Positions 1 to 12,100 of a stretch of DNA of 64,000 bases are shown piece after piece; within the stretch, counting starts at the first letter, position 1, and each line of letters starts with the position of its first letter. Made by a program: the position numbers and the translations under genes. The DNA comes from Mayamaea pseudoterrestris (lineage: Eukaryota), in contig BROI01000030.1 in assembly GCA_027923505.1 (NCBI GenBank), positions 62,001 to 126,000 of the forward strand, read 5' to 3'. The notes under the pieces were generated by a model, which saw nothing but the letters and a program-made list of their open reading frames with translations, ran no database searches and was not told where the DNA came from.

Positions 1-75
1 GGCAGTCCGTTTTGCACCATTTCAGCCCATCCTCATGTCAATGGCACACCCTGGACATGTTTTGCCTGACTCATT

Positions 76-102
76 GGGTTGTTGGGTGGCCAGGGCATGG
101 GG
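76..102 (+). other. Canonical G-quadruplex-forming motif, example copy; one per intact A monomer
   Basis: A1: GGG-TTGTT-GGG-TGGCCA-GGG-CAT-GGGG (76-102). A2: GGG-TTGTT-GGG-TGATCA-GGGG-AC-GGGG (254-280). Both match four G3+ runs with 1-7 nt loops. Folding itself is not demonstrated. Confidence 0.8.
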
Positions 103-130
103 CATTGTAGTGGTATGATTCCATAATTTG

Positions 131-147
131 GGGTGTTGGCCACACCC
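131..147. other. 17-bp quasi-palindrome, example copy; one per A monomer
   Basis: GGGTGTTGGCCACACCC equals the perfect palindrome GGGTGTGG|CCACACCC plus one extra T. Confidence 0.85.
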
Positions 148-3100
148 ATCTTGTAGACCACCATGCTGTAGGCCTCCAGGCAGTCCGTTTTGTACCATGT
201 CAGACCATCCTCATGTCAATGGCACACCCTGGACATGTTTTGCATGACTCATTGGGTTGTTGGGTGATCAGGGGACGGGGCATTGTAGTGGTATGATTCC
301 ATAATTTGGGGTGTTGGCCACACCCATTTCGCAGAGGTGTAGGCCTCCAGGCAGTCCGTTTTGCACCATTTCAGCCCATCCTCATGTCAATGGCACACCC
401 TGACATGTTTTGCCTGACTCATTGGGTTGTTGGGTGGCCAGGGCATGGGGCATTGTAGTGGTATGATTCCATAATTTGGGGTGTTGGCCACACCCATCTT
501 GTAGACCATTCCATGCTGTAGGCCTCCAGGCAGTCCGTTTTGACCATGTCAGACCACCTCGTCAATGGCACACCCTGGACATGTTTTGCATGACTCATTG
601 GGTTGTTGGGTGATCAGGGACGGAGGTATGTAGTGGTATGATCCAAATTTGGGGGGCGGCCACCCATTTTGCAGATGGTGTAGGCCTCCAGGCAGTCCGT
701 TTTGCACCATTTCAGCCCAACCTCATGTCATGGCACACCCTGGACATGTTTTGCCTGACTCATTGGGTTGTTGGGTAGGCGGCGGGGGCGGTGGTCAGGT
801 CCCTACTCGTGGGGTGTTGGCCACCCCATCTTGTAGACCATTCCATGCTGTAGGCCTCCAGGCAGTCCGTTTTGTACCATGTCAGACCATCCTCATGTCA
901 ATGGCACACACTGACATGTTTTGCAGATCATTGGGTGTGTTGGGGATCAGGGACGGGGCATTGTAGTGGTATGATTCCATAATTTGCGATGTTGGCCACA
1001 CCCATTTTGCAGATGGTGTAGCCTCCAGGCAGTCCGTTTTGCACCATTTCAGCCCATCCTCATGTCAATGGCACACCCTGGACATGTTTTGCCTGACTCA
1101 TTGGGTTGTTGGGTGGCCAGGGCATGGGGCATTGTAGTGGTATGATTCCATAATTTGGGGTGTTGGCCACACCCATCTTGTAGACCATTCCATGCTGTAG
1201 GCCTCCAGGCAGTCCGTTTTGTACCATGTCAGACCATCCTCATGTCAATGGCACACCCTGGACATGTTTTGCATGACTCATTGGGTTGTTGGGTGATCAG
1301 GGGACGGGGCATTGTAGTGGTATGATTCCATAATTTGGGGTGTTGGCCACACCCATTTTGCAGATGGTGTAGGCCTCCAGGCAGTCCGTTTTGCACCATT
1401 TCAGCCCATCCTCATGTCAATGGCACACCCTGGACATGTTTTGCCTGACTCATTGGGTTGTTGGGTGGCCAGGGCATTTTGGGGTGTTGGCCACACCCAT
1501 CTTGTAGACCATTCCATGCTGTAGGCCTCCAGGCAGTCCGTTTTGTACCATGTCAGACCATCCTCATGTCAATGGCACACCCTGAATTTGGCAGACTCAT
1601 TGGGTTGTTGGGTGATCAAGGGACGGGGCATTGTAGTGGTATGATTCCATAATTTGCGGTGTTGGCCACACCCATTTTGCAGATGGTGTAGGCCTCCAGG
1701 CAGTCCGTTTTGCACCATTTCAGCCCATCCTCATGTCAATGGCACACCCTGGACATGTTTTGCCTGACTCATTGGGTTGTTGGGTGGCCAGGGCATGGGG
1801 CATTGTAGTGGTATGATTCCATAATTTGGGGTGTTGGCCACACCCATCTTGTAGACCATTCCATGCTGTAGGCCTCCAGGCAGTCCGTTTTGTACCATGT
1901 CAGACCATCCTCATGTCAATGGCACACCCTGACATGTTCTGCGTGACTCATTGGGTTGTTGGGTGGCCAGGGACGGGGCATTGTAGTGGTATGATTCCAT
2001 AATTTGGGGTGTTGGCCACACCCATTTTGCAGATGGTGTAGGCCTCCAGGCAGTCCGTTTTGCACCATTTCAGCCCATCCTCATGTCAATGGCACACCCT
2101 GGACATGTTTTGCCTGACTCATTGGGTTGTTGGGTGGCCAGGGCATGTTGGGGTGTTGGCCACACCCATCTTGTAGACCATTCCATGCTGTAGGCCTCCA
2201 GGCAGTCCGTTTTGTACCATGTCAGACCATCCTCATGTCAATGGCACACCCTGGACATGTTTTGCCTGACTCATTGGGTTGTTGGGTGGCCAGGGCTTGA
2301 GCGGTGTATGATTCCAAATTTTGGGGTGTTGGCCACACCCATTTTGCAGATGGTGTAGGCCTCCAGGCAGTCCGTTTTGCACCATTTCAGCCCATCCTCA
2401 TGTCAATGGCACACCCTGGACATGTTTTGCCTGACTCATTGGGTTGTTGGGTGGCCAGGGCACGGGGCATTGTAGTGGTATGATTCCATAATTTGGGGTG
2501 TTGGCCACACCCATTTTGCAGATGGTGTAGGCCTCCAGGCAGTCCGTTTTGCACCATTTCAGCCCATCCTCATGTCAATGGCACACCCTGGACATGTTTT
2601 GCCTGACTCATTGGGTTGTTGGGTGGCCAGGGCATGGGGCATTGTAGTGGTATGATTCCATAATTTGGGGTGTTGGCCACACCCATCTTGTAGACCATTC
2701 CATGCTGTAGGCCTCCAGGCAGTCCGTTTTGTACCATGTCAGACCATCCTCATGTCAATGGCACACCCTGACATGTTTTGCGGGACCCATTGGGTTGTTG
2801 GGTGGCCAGGGACGGGGCATTGTAGTGGTATGATTCCATAATTTGGGGTGTTGGCCACACCCATTTTGCAGATGTTAGGCCCCAGGCAGTCCGTTTTGCA
2901 CCATTTCAGCAGCCATCCTCATGTGAAGGGCACACCCTGGACATGTTTTGTCTGACTCATTGGGTTGTTGGGTGGCCAGGGCAGGGGGCATTGTAGTGGT
3001 ATGATTCCATAATTTGGGGTGTTGGCCACACCCATCTTGTAGACCATTCCATGCTGTAGGCCTCCAGGCAGTCCGTTTTGTACCATGTCAGACCATCCTC

Positions 3101-6100
3101 ATGTCAATGGCACACCCTGGACATGTTTTGCATGACTCATTGGGTTGTTGGGTGATCAGGGAACGGGGCATTGTAGTGGTATGATTCCATAATTTGGGGT
3201 GTTGGCCACACCCATTTTGCAGATGGTGTAGGCCTCCAGGCAGTCCGTTTTGCACCATTTCAGCCCATCCTCATGTCAATGGCACACCCTGGACATGTTT
3301 TGCCTGACTCATTGGGTTGTTGGGTGGCCAGGGCATGGGGCATTGTAGTGGTATGATTCCATAATTTGGGGTGTTGGCCACACCCATCTTGTAGACCATT
3401 CCATGCTGTAGGCCTCCAGGCAGTCCGTTTTGTACCATGTCAGACCATCCTCATGTCAATGGCACACCCTGGACATGTTTTGCATGACTCATTGGGTTGT
3501 TGGGTGAGCAGGGACGGGGCATTGTAGTGGTATGATTCCATAATTTGGGGTGTTGGCCACACCCATTTTGCAGATGGTGTAGGCCTCCAGGCAGTCCGTT
3601 TTGCACCATTTCAGCCCATCCTCATGTCAATGGCACACCCTGGACATGTTTTGCCTGACTCATTGGGTTGTTGGGTGGCCAGGCATGGGGCATTGTAGTG
3701 GTATGATTCCATAATTTGGGGTGTTGGCCACACCCATCTTGTAGACCATTCCATGCTGTAGGCCTCCAGGCAGTCCGTTTTGTACCATGTCAGACCATCC
3801 TCATGTCAATGGCACACCCTGGACATGTTTTGCATGACTCATTGGGTTGTTGGGTGATCAGGGACGGGGCATTGTAGTGGTATGATTCCATAATTTGGGG
3901 TGTTGGCCACACCCATTTTGCAGATGGTGTAGGCCTCCAGGCAGTCCGTTTTGCACCATTTCAGCCCATCCTCATGTCAATGGCACACCCCGACATGTTT
4001 TCCCTGACTCATTGGGTTGTTGGGTGGCCAGGGCATGGGGCATTGTAGTGGTATGATTCCATAATTTGGGGTGTTGGCCACACCCATCTTGTAGACCATT
4101 CCATGCTGTAGGCCTCCAGGCAGTCCGTTTTGTACCATGTCAGACCATCCTCATGTCAATGGCACACCCTGGACATGTTTTGCATGACTCATTGGGTTGT
4201 TGGGTGATCAGGGACGGGGCATTGTAGTGGTATGATTCCATAATTTGCGGTGTTGGCCACACCCATTTTGCAGATGGTGTAGGCCTCCAGGCAGTCCGTT
4301 TTGCACCATTTCAGCCCATCCTCATGTCAATGGCACACCCTGGACATGTTTTGCCTGACTCATTGGGTTGTTGGGTGGCCAGGGCATGGGGCATTGTAGT
4401 GGTATGATTCCATAATTTGGGGTGTTGGCCACACCCATCTTGTAGACCATTCCATGCTGTAGGCCTCCAGGCAGTCCGTTTTGTACCATGTCAGACCATC
4501 CTCATGTCAATGGCACACCCTGGACATGTTTTGCATGACTCATTGGGTTGTTGGGTGATCAGGGACGGGGCATTGTAGTGGTATGATTCCATAATTTGCG
4601 GTGTTGGCCACACCCATTTTGCAGATGGTGTAGGCCTCCAGGCAGTCCGTTTTGCACCATTTCAGCCCATCCTCATGTCAATGGCACACCCTGGACATGT
4701 TTTGCCTGACTCATTGGGTTGTTGGGCGGCCAGGGCATGGGGCATTGTAGTGGTATGATTCCATAATTTGGGGTGTTGGCCACACCCATCTTGTAGACCA
4801 TTCCATGCTGTAGGCCTCCAGGCAGTCCGTTTTGTACCATGTCAGACCATCCTCATGTCAATGGCACACCCTGGACATGTTTTGCATGACTCATTGGGTT
4901 GTTGGGTGATCAGGGACGGGGCATTGTAGTGGTATGATTCCATAATTTGCGGTGTTGGCCACACCCATTTTGCAGATGGTGTAGGCCTCCAGGCAGTCCG
5001 TTTTGCACCATTTCAGCCCATCCTCATGTCAATGGCACACCCTGGACATGTTTTGCCTGACTCATTGGGTTGTTGGGTGGCCAGGGCATGGGGCATTGTA
5101 GTGGTATGATTCCATAATTTGGGGTGTTGGCCACACCCATCTTGTAGACCATTCCATGCTGTAGGCCTCCAGGCAGTCCGTTTTGTACCATGTCAGACCA
5201 TCCTCATGTCAATGGCACACCCTGGACATGTTTTGCATGACTCATTGGGTTGTTGGGTGATCAGGGACGGGGCATTGTAGTGGTATGATTCCATAATTTG
5301 CGGTGTTGGCCACACCCATTTTGCAGATGGTGTAGGCCTCCAGGCAGTCCGTTTTGCACCATTTCAGCCCATCCTCATGTCAATGGCACACCCTGGACAT
5401 GTTTTGCCTGACTCATTGGGTTGTTGGGTGGCCAGGGCATGGGGCATTGTAGTGGTATGATTCCATAATTTGGGGTGTTGGCCACACCCATCTTGTAGAC
5501 CATTCCATGCTGTAGGCCTCCAGGCAGTCCGTTTTGTACCATGTCAGACCATCCTCATGTCAATGGCACACCCTGGACATGTTTTGCATGACTCATTGGG
5601 TTGTTGGGTGATCAGGGGACGGGGCATTGTAGTGGTATGATTCCATAATTTGGGGTGTTGGCCACACCCATTTTGCAGATGGTGTAGGCCTCCAGGCAGT
5701 CCGTTTTGCACCATTTCAGCCCATCCTCATGTCAATGGCACACCCTGGATGTGTTTTGCCTGACTCATTGGGTTGTTGGGTGGCCAGGGCATGGGGCATT
5801 GTAGTGGTATGATTCCATAATTTGGGGTGTTGGCCACACCCATCTTGTAGACCATTCCATGCTGTAGGCCTCCAGGCAGTCCGTTTTGTACCATGTCAGA
5901 CCATCCTCATGTCAATGGCACACCCTGGACATGTTTTGCATGACTCATTGGGTTGTTGGGTGATCAGTGGATGGGGCATTGTAGTGGTATGATTCCATAA
6001 TTTGGGGTGTTGGCCACACCCATTTTGCAGATGGTGTAGGCCTCCAGGCAGTCCGTTTTGCACCATTTCAGCCCATCCTCATGTCAATGGCACACCCTGG

Positions 6101-9100
6101 ACATGTTTTGCCTGACTCATTGGGTTGTTGGGTGGCCAGGGCATGGGGCATTGTAGTGGTATGATTCCATAATTTGGGGTGTTGGCCACACCCATCTTGT
6201 AGACCATTCCATGCTGTAGGCCTCCAGGCAGTCCGTTTTGTACCATGTCAGACCATCCTCATGTCAATGGCACACCCTGGACATGTTTTGCATGACTCAT
6301 TGGGTTGTTGGGTGATCAGGGACGGGGCATTGTAGTGGTATGATTCCATAATTTGCGGTGTTGGCCACACCCATTTTGCAGATGGTGTAGGCCTCCAGGC
6401 AGTCCGTTTTGCACCATTTCAGCCCATCCTCATGTCAATGGCACACCCTGGACATGTTTTGCCTGACTCATTGGGTTGTTGGGTGGCCAGGGCATGGGGC
6501 ATTGTAGTGGTATGATTCCATAATTTGGGGTGTTGGCCACACCCATCTTGTAGACCATTCCATGCTGTAGGCCTCCAGGCAGTCCGTTTTGTACCATGTC
6601 AGACCATCCTCATGTCAATGGCACACCCTGGACATGTTTTGCATGACTCATTGGGTTGTTGGGTGATAAGGGAAGGGGCATTGTAGTGGTATGATTCCAT
6701 AATTTGCGGTGTTGGCCACACCCATTTTGCAGATGGTGTAGGCCTCCAGGCAGTCCGTTTTGCACCATTTCAGCCCATCCTCATGTCAATGGCACACCCT
6801 GGACATGTTTTGCCTGACTCATTGGGTTGTTGGGTGGCCAGGGCATGGGGCATTGTAGTGGTATGATTCCATAATTTGGGGTGTTGGCCACACCCATCTT
6901 GTAGACCATTCCATGCTGTAGGCCTCCAGGCAGTCCGTTTTGTACCATGTCAGACCATCCTCATGTCAATGGCACACCCTGGACATGTTTTGCATGACTC
7001 ATTGGGTTGTTGGGTGATCAGGGGACGGGGCATTGTAGTGGTATGATTCCATAATTTGCGGTGTTGGCCACACCCATTTTGCAGATGGTGTAGGCCTCCA
7101 GGCAGTCCGTTTTGCACCATTTCAGCCCATCCTCATGTCAATGGCACACCCTGGACATGTTTTGCCTGACTCATTGGGTTGTTGGGTGGCCAGGGCATGG
7201 GGCATTGTAGTGGTATGATTCCATAATTTGGGGTGTTGGCCACACCCATCTTGTAGACCATTCCATGCTGTAGGCCTCCAGGCAGTCCGTTTTGTACCAT
7301 GTCAGACCATCCTCATGTCAATGGCACACCCTGGACATGTTTTGCATGACTCATTGGGTTGTTGGGTGATCAGGGATGGGGCATTGTAGTGGTATGATTC
7401 CATAATTTGCGGTGTTGGCCACACCCATTTTGCAGATGGTGTAGGCCTCCAGGCAGTCCGTTTTGCACCATTTCAGCCCATCCTCATGTCAATGGCACAC
7501 CCTGGACATGTTTTGCCTGACTCATTGGGTTGTTGGGTGGCCAGGGCATGGGGCATTGTAGTGGTATGATTCCATAATTTGGGGTGTTGGCCACACCCAT
7601 CTTGTAGACCATTCCATGCTGTAGGCCTCCAGGCAGTCCGTTTTGTACCATGTCAGACCATCCTCATGTCAATGGCACACCCTGGACATGTTTTGCATGA
7701 CTCATTGGGTTGTTGGGTGATCAGGGCACGGGGCATTGTAGTGGTATGATTCCATAATTTGGGGTGTTGGCCACACCCATTTTGCAGATGGTGTAGGCCT
7801 CCAGGCAGTCCGTGTTGCACCATTTTAGACCACCTCATGTGAATGGCACACCCTGGACATGTTTTGCCTGACTCATTGGGTTGTTGGGTGGCCAGGGCAT
7901 GGGGCATTGTAGTGGTATGATTCCATAATTTGGGGTGTTGGCCACACCCATCTTGTAGACCATGCCATCCGGGAGCCACACAGGAAGTCCCTTTTGTACC
8001 ATGTCAGACCATCCTCATGTCAATGGCACACCCTGGACATGTTTTGCATGACTCATTGGGTTGTTGGGTGATCAGGGAACGGGGCATTGTAGTGGTATGA
8101 TTCCATAATTTGGCGTGTTGGCCACACCCATTTTGCAGATGGTGTAGGCCTCCAGGCAGTCCGTTTTGCACCATTTCAGCCCATCCTCATGTCAATGGCA
8201 CACCCTGGATGTGTTTTGCCTGACTCATTGGGTTGTTGGGTGGCCAGGGCATGGGGCATTGTAGTGGTATGATTCCATAATTTGGGGTGTTGGCCACACC
8301 CATCTTGTAGACCATTCCATGCTGTAGGCCTCCAGGCAGTCCGTTTTGTACCATGTCAGACCATCCTCATGTCAATGGCACACCCTGGACATGTTTTGCA
8401 TGACTCATTGGGTTGTTGGGTGATCAGGGGACGGGGCATTGTAGTGGTATGATTCCATAATTTGGGGTGTTGGCCACACCCATTTTGCAGATGGTGTAGG
8501 CCTCCAGGCAGTCCGTTTTGCACCATTTCAGCCCATCCTCATGTCAATGGCACACCCTGGACATGTTTTGCCTGACTCATTGGGTTGTTGGGTGGCCAGG
8601 GCATGGGGCATTGTAGTGGTATGATTCCATAATTTGGGGTGTTGGCCACACCCATCTTGTAGACCATTCCATGCTGTAGGCCTCCAGGCAGTCCGTTTTG
8701 TACCATGTCAGACCATCCTCATGTCAATGGCACACCCTGGACATGTTTTGCATGACTCATTGGGTTGTTGGGTGATCAGGGGACGGGGCATTGTAGTGGT
8801 ATGATTCCATAATTTGGGGTGTTGGCCACACCCATTTTGCAGATGGTGTAGGCCTCCAGGCAGTCCGTGTTGCACCATTTTAGACCACCTCATGTGAATG
8901 GCACACCCTGGACATGTTTTGCCTGACTCATTGGGTTGTTGGGTGGCCAGGGCATGGGGCATTGTAGTGGTATGATTCCATAATTTGGGGTGTTGGCCAC
9001 ACCCATCTTGTAGACCATTCCATGCTGTAGGCCTCCAGGCAGTCCGTTTTGTACCATGTCAGACCATCCTCATGTCAATGGCACACCCTGGACATGTTTT

Positions 9101-12100
9101 GCATGACTCATTGGGTTGTTGGGTGATCAAGGGACGGGGCATTGTAGTGGTATGATTCCATAATTTGCGGTGTTGGCCACACCCATTTTGCAGATGGTGT
9201 AGGCCTCCAGGCAGTCCGTTTTGCACCATTTCAGCCCATCCTCATGTCAATGGCACACCCTGGACATGTTTTGCCTGACTCATTGGGTTGTTGGGTGGCC
9301 AGGGCATGGGGCATTGTAGTGGTATGATTCCATAATTTGGGGTGTTGGCCACACCCATCTTGTAGACCATTCCATGCTGTAGGCCTCCAGGCAGTCCGTT
9401 TTGTACCATGTCAGACCATCCTCATGTCAATGGCACACCCTGGACATGTTTTGCATGACTCATTGGGTTGTTGGGTGATCAGGGCACGGGGCATTGTAGT
9501 GGTATGATTCCATAATTTGCGGTGTTGGCCACACCCATTTTGCAGATGGTGTAGGCCTCCAGGCAGTCCGTTTTGCACCATTTCAGCCCATCCTCATGTC
9601 AATGGCACACCCTGGACATGTTTTGCTGGACTCATTGGGTTGTTGGGTGGCCAGGGCATGGGGCATTGTAGTGGTATGATTCCATAATTTGGGGTGTTGG
9701 CCACACCCATCTTGTAGACCATTCCATGCTGTAGGCCTCCAGGCAGTCCGTTTTGTACCATGTCAGACCATCCTCATGTCAATGGCACACCCTGGACATG
9801 TTTTGCATGACTCATTGGGTTGTTGGGTGATCAGGGACGGGGCATTGTAGTGGTATGATTCCATAATTTGCGGTGTTGGCCACACCCATTTTGCAGATGG
9901 TGTAGGCCTCCAGGCAGTCCGTTTTGCACCATTTCAGCCCATCCTCATGTCAATGGCACACCCTGGACATGTTTTGCCTGACTCATTGGGTTGTTGGGTG
10001 GCCAGGGCATGGGGCATTGTAGTGGTATGATTCCATAATTTTGGGGTGTTGGCCACACCCATCTTGTAGACCATTCCATGCTGTAGGCCTCCAGGCAGTC
10101 CGTTTTGTACCATGTCAGACCATCCTCATGTCAATGGCACACCCTGGACATGTTTTGCATGACTCATTGGGTTGTTGGGTGATCAGGGCATGTGGCATTG
10201 TAGTGGTATGATTCCATAATTGGGGGTGTTGGCCACACCCATTTTGCAGATGGTGTAGGCCTCCAGGCAGTCCGTTTTGCACCATTTCAGCCCATCCTCA
10301 TGTCAATGGCACACCCTGGACATGTTTTGCCTGACTCATTGGGTTGTTGGGTCGCCAGGCATGGGGCATTGTAGTGGTATGATTCCATAATTTGGGGTGT
10401 TGGCCACACCCATCTTGTAGACCATTCCATGCTGTAGGCCTCCAGGCAGTCCGTTTTGTACCATGTCAGACCATCCTCATGTCAATGGCACACCCTGGAC
10501 ATGTTTTGCATGACTCATTGGGTTGTTGGGTGATCAGGGCACGGGGCATTGTAGTGGTATGATTCCATAATTTGCGGTGTTGGCCACACCCATTTTGCAG
10601 ATGGTGTAGGCCTCCAGGCAGTCCGTTTTGCACCATTTCAGCCCATCCTCATGTCAATGGCACACCCTGAACATGTTTTGCCTGACTCATTGGGTTGTTG
10701 GGTGGCCAGGGCATGGGGCATTGTAGTGGTATGATTCCATAATTTGGTGGTGTTGGCCACACCCATCTTGTAGACCATTCCATGCTGTAGGCCTCCAGGC
10801 AGTCCGTTTTGTACCATGTCAGACCATCCTCATGTCAATGGCACACCCTGGACATGTTTTGCATGACTCATTGGGTTGTTGGGTGATCAAGGGACGGGGC
10901 ATTGTAGTGGTATGATTCCATAATTTGCGGTGTTGGCCACACCCATTTTGCAGATGGTGTAGGCCTCCAGGCAGTCCGTTTTGCACCATTTCAGCCCATC
11001 CTCATGTCAATGGCACACCCTGAACATGTTTTGCCTGACTCATTGGGTTGTTGGGTGGCCAGGGCATGGGGCATTGTAGTGGTATGATTCCATAATTTGG
11101 GGTGTTGGCCACACCCATCTTGTAGACCATTCCATGCTGTAGGCCTCCAGGCAGTCCGTTTTGTACCATGTCAGACCATCCTCATGTCAATGGCACACCC
11201 TGGACATGTTTTGCATGACTCATTGGGTTGTTGGGTGATCAAGGGACGGGGCATTGTAGTGGTATGATTCCATAATTTGCGGTGTTGGCCACACCCATTT
11301 TGCAGATGGTGTAGGCCTCCAGGCAGTCCGTTTTGCACCATTTCAGCCCATCCTCATGTCAATGGCACACCCTGGACATGTTTTGCCTGACTCATTGGGT
11401 TGTTGGGTGGCCAGGGCATGGGGCATTGTAGTGGTATGATTCCATAATTTGGGGTGTTGGCCACACCCATCTTGTAGACCATTCCATGCTGTAGGCCTCC
11501 AGGCAGTCCGTTTTGTACCATGTCAGACCATCCTCATGTCAATGGCACACCCTGGACATGTTTTGCATGACTCATTGGGTTGTTGGGTGATCAGGGACGG
11601 GGCATTGTAGTGGTATGATTCCATAATTTGCGGTGTTGGCCACACCCATTTTGCAGATGGTGTAGGCCTCCAGGCAGTCCGTTTTGCACCATTTCAGCCC
11701 ATCCTCATGTCAATGGCACACCCTGGATGTGTTTTGCCTGACTCATTGGGTTGTTGGGTGGCCAGGGCATGGGGCATTGTAGTGGTATGATTCCATAATT
11801 TGGGGTGTTGGCCACACCCATCTTGTAGACCATTCCATGCTGTAGGCCTCCAGGCAGTCCGTTTTGTACCATGTCAGACCATCCTCATGTCAATGGCACA
11901 CCCTGGACATGTTTTGCATGACTCATTGGGTTGTTGGGTGATCAGGGACGGGGCATTGTAGTGGTATGATTCCATAATTTGCGGTGTTGGCCACACCCAT
12001 TTTGCAGATGGTGTAGGCCTCCAGGCAGTCCGTTTTGCACCATTTCAGCCCATCCTCATGTCAATGGCACACCCTGGACATGTTTTGCCTGACTCATTGG

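Noticed and set aside
74..87. Telomere-like TTGGGTTGTTGGGT
   Set aside because: There are only two imperfect units per monomer and no tandem telomeric tract anywhere in the window.
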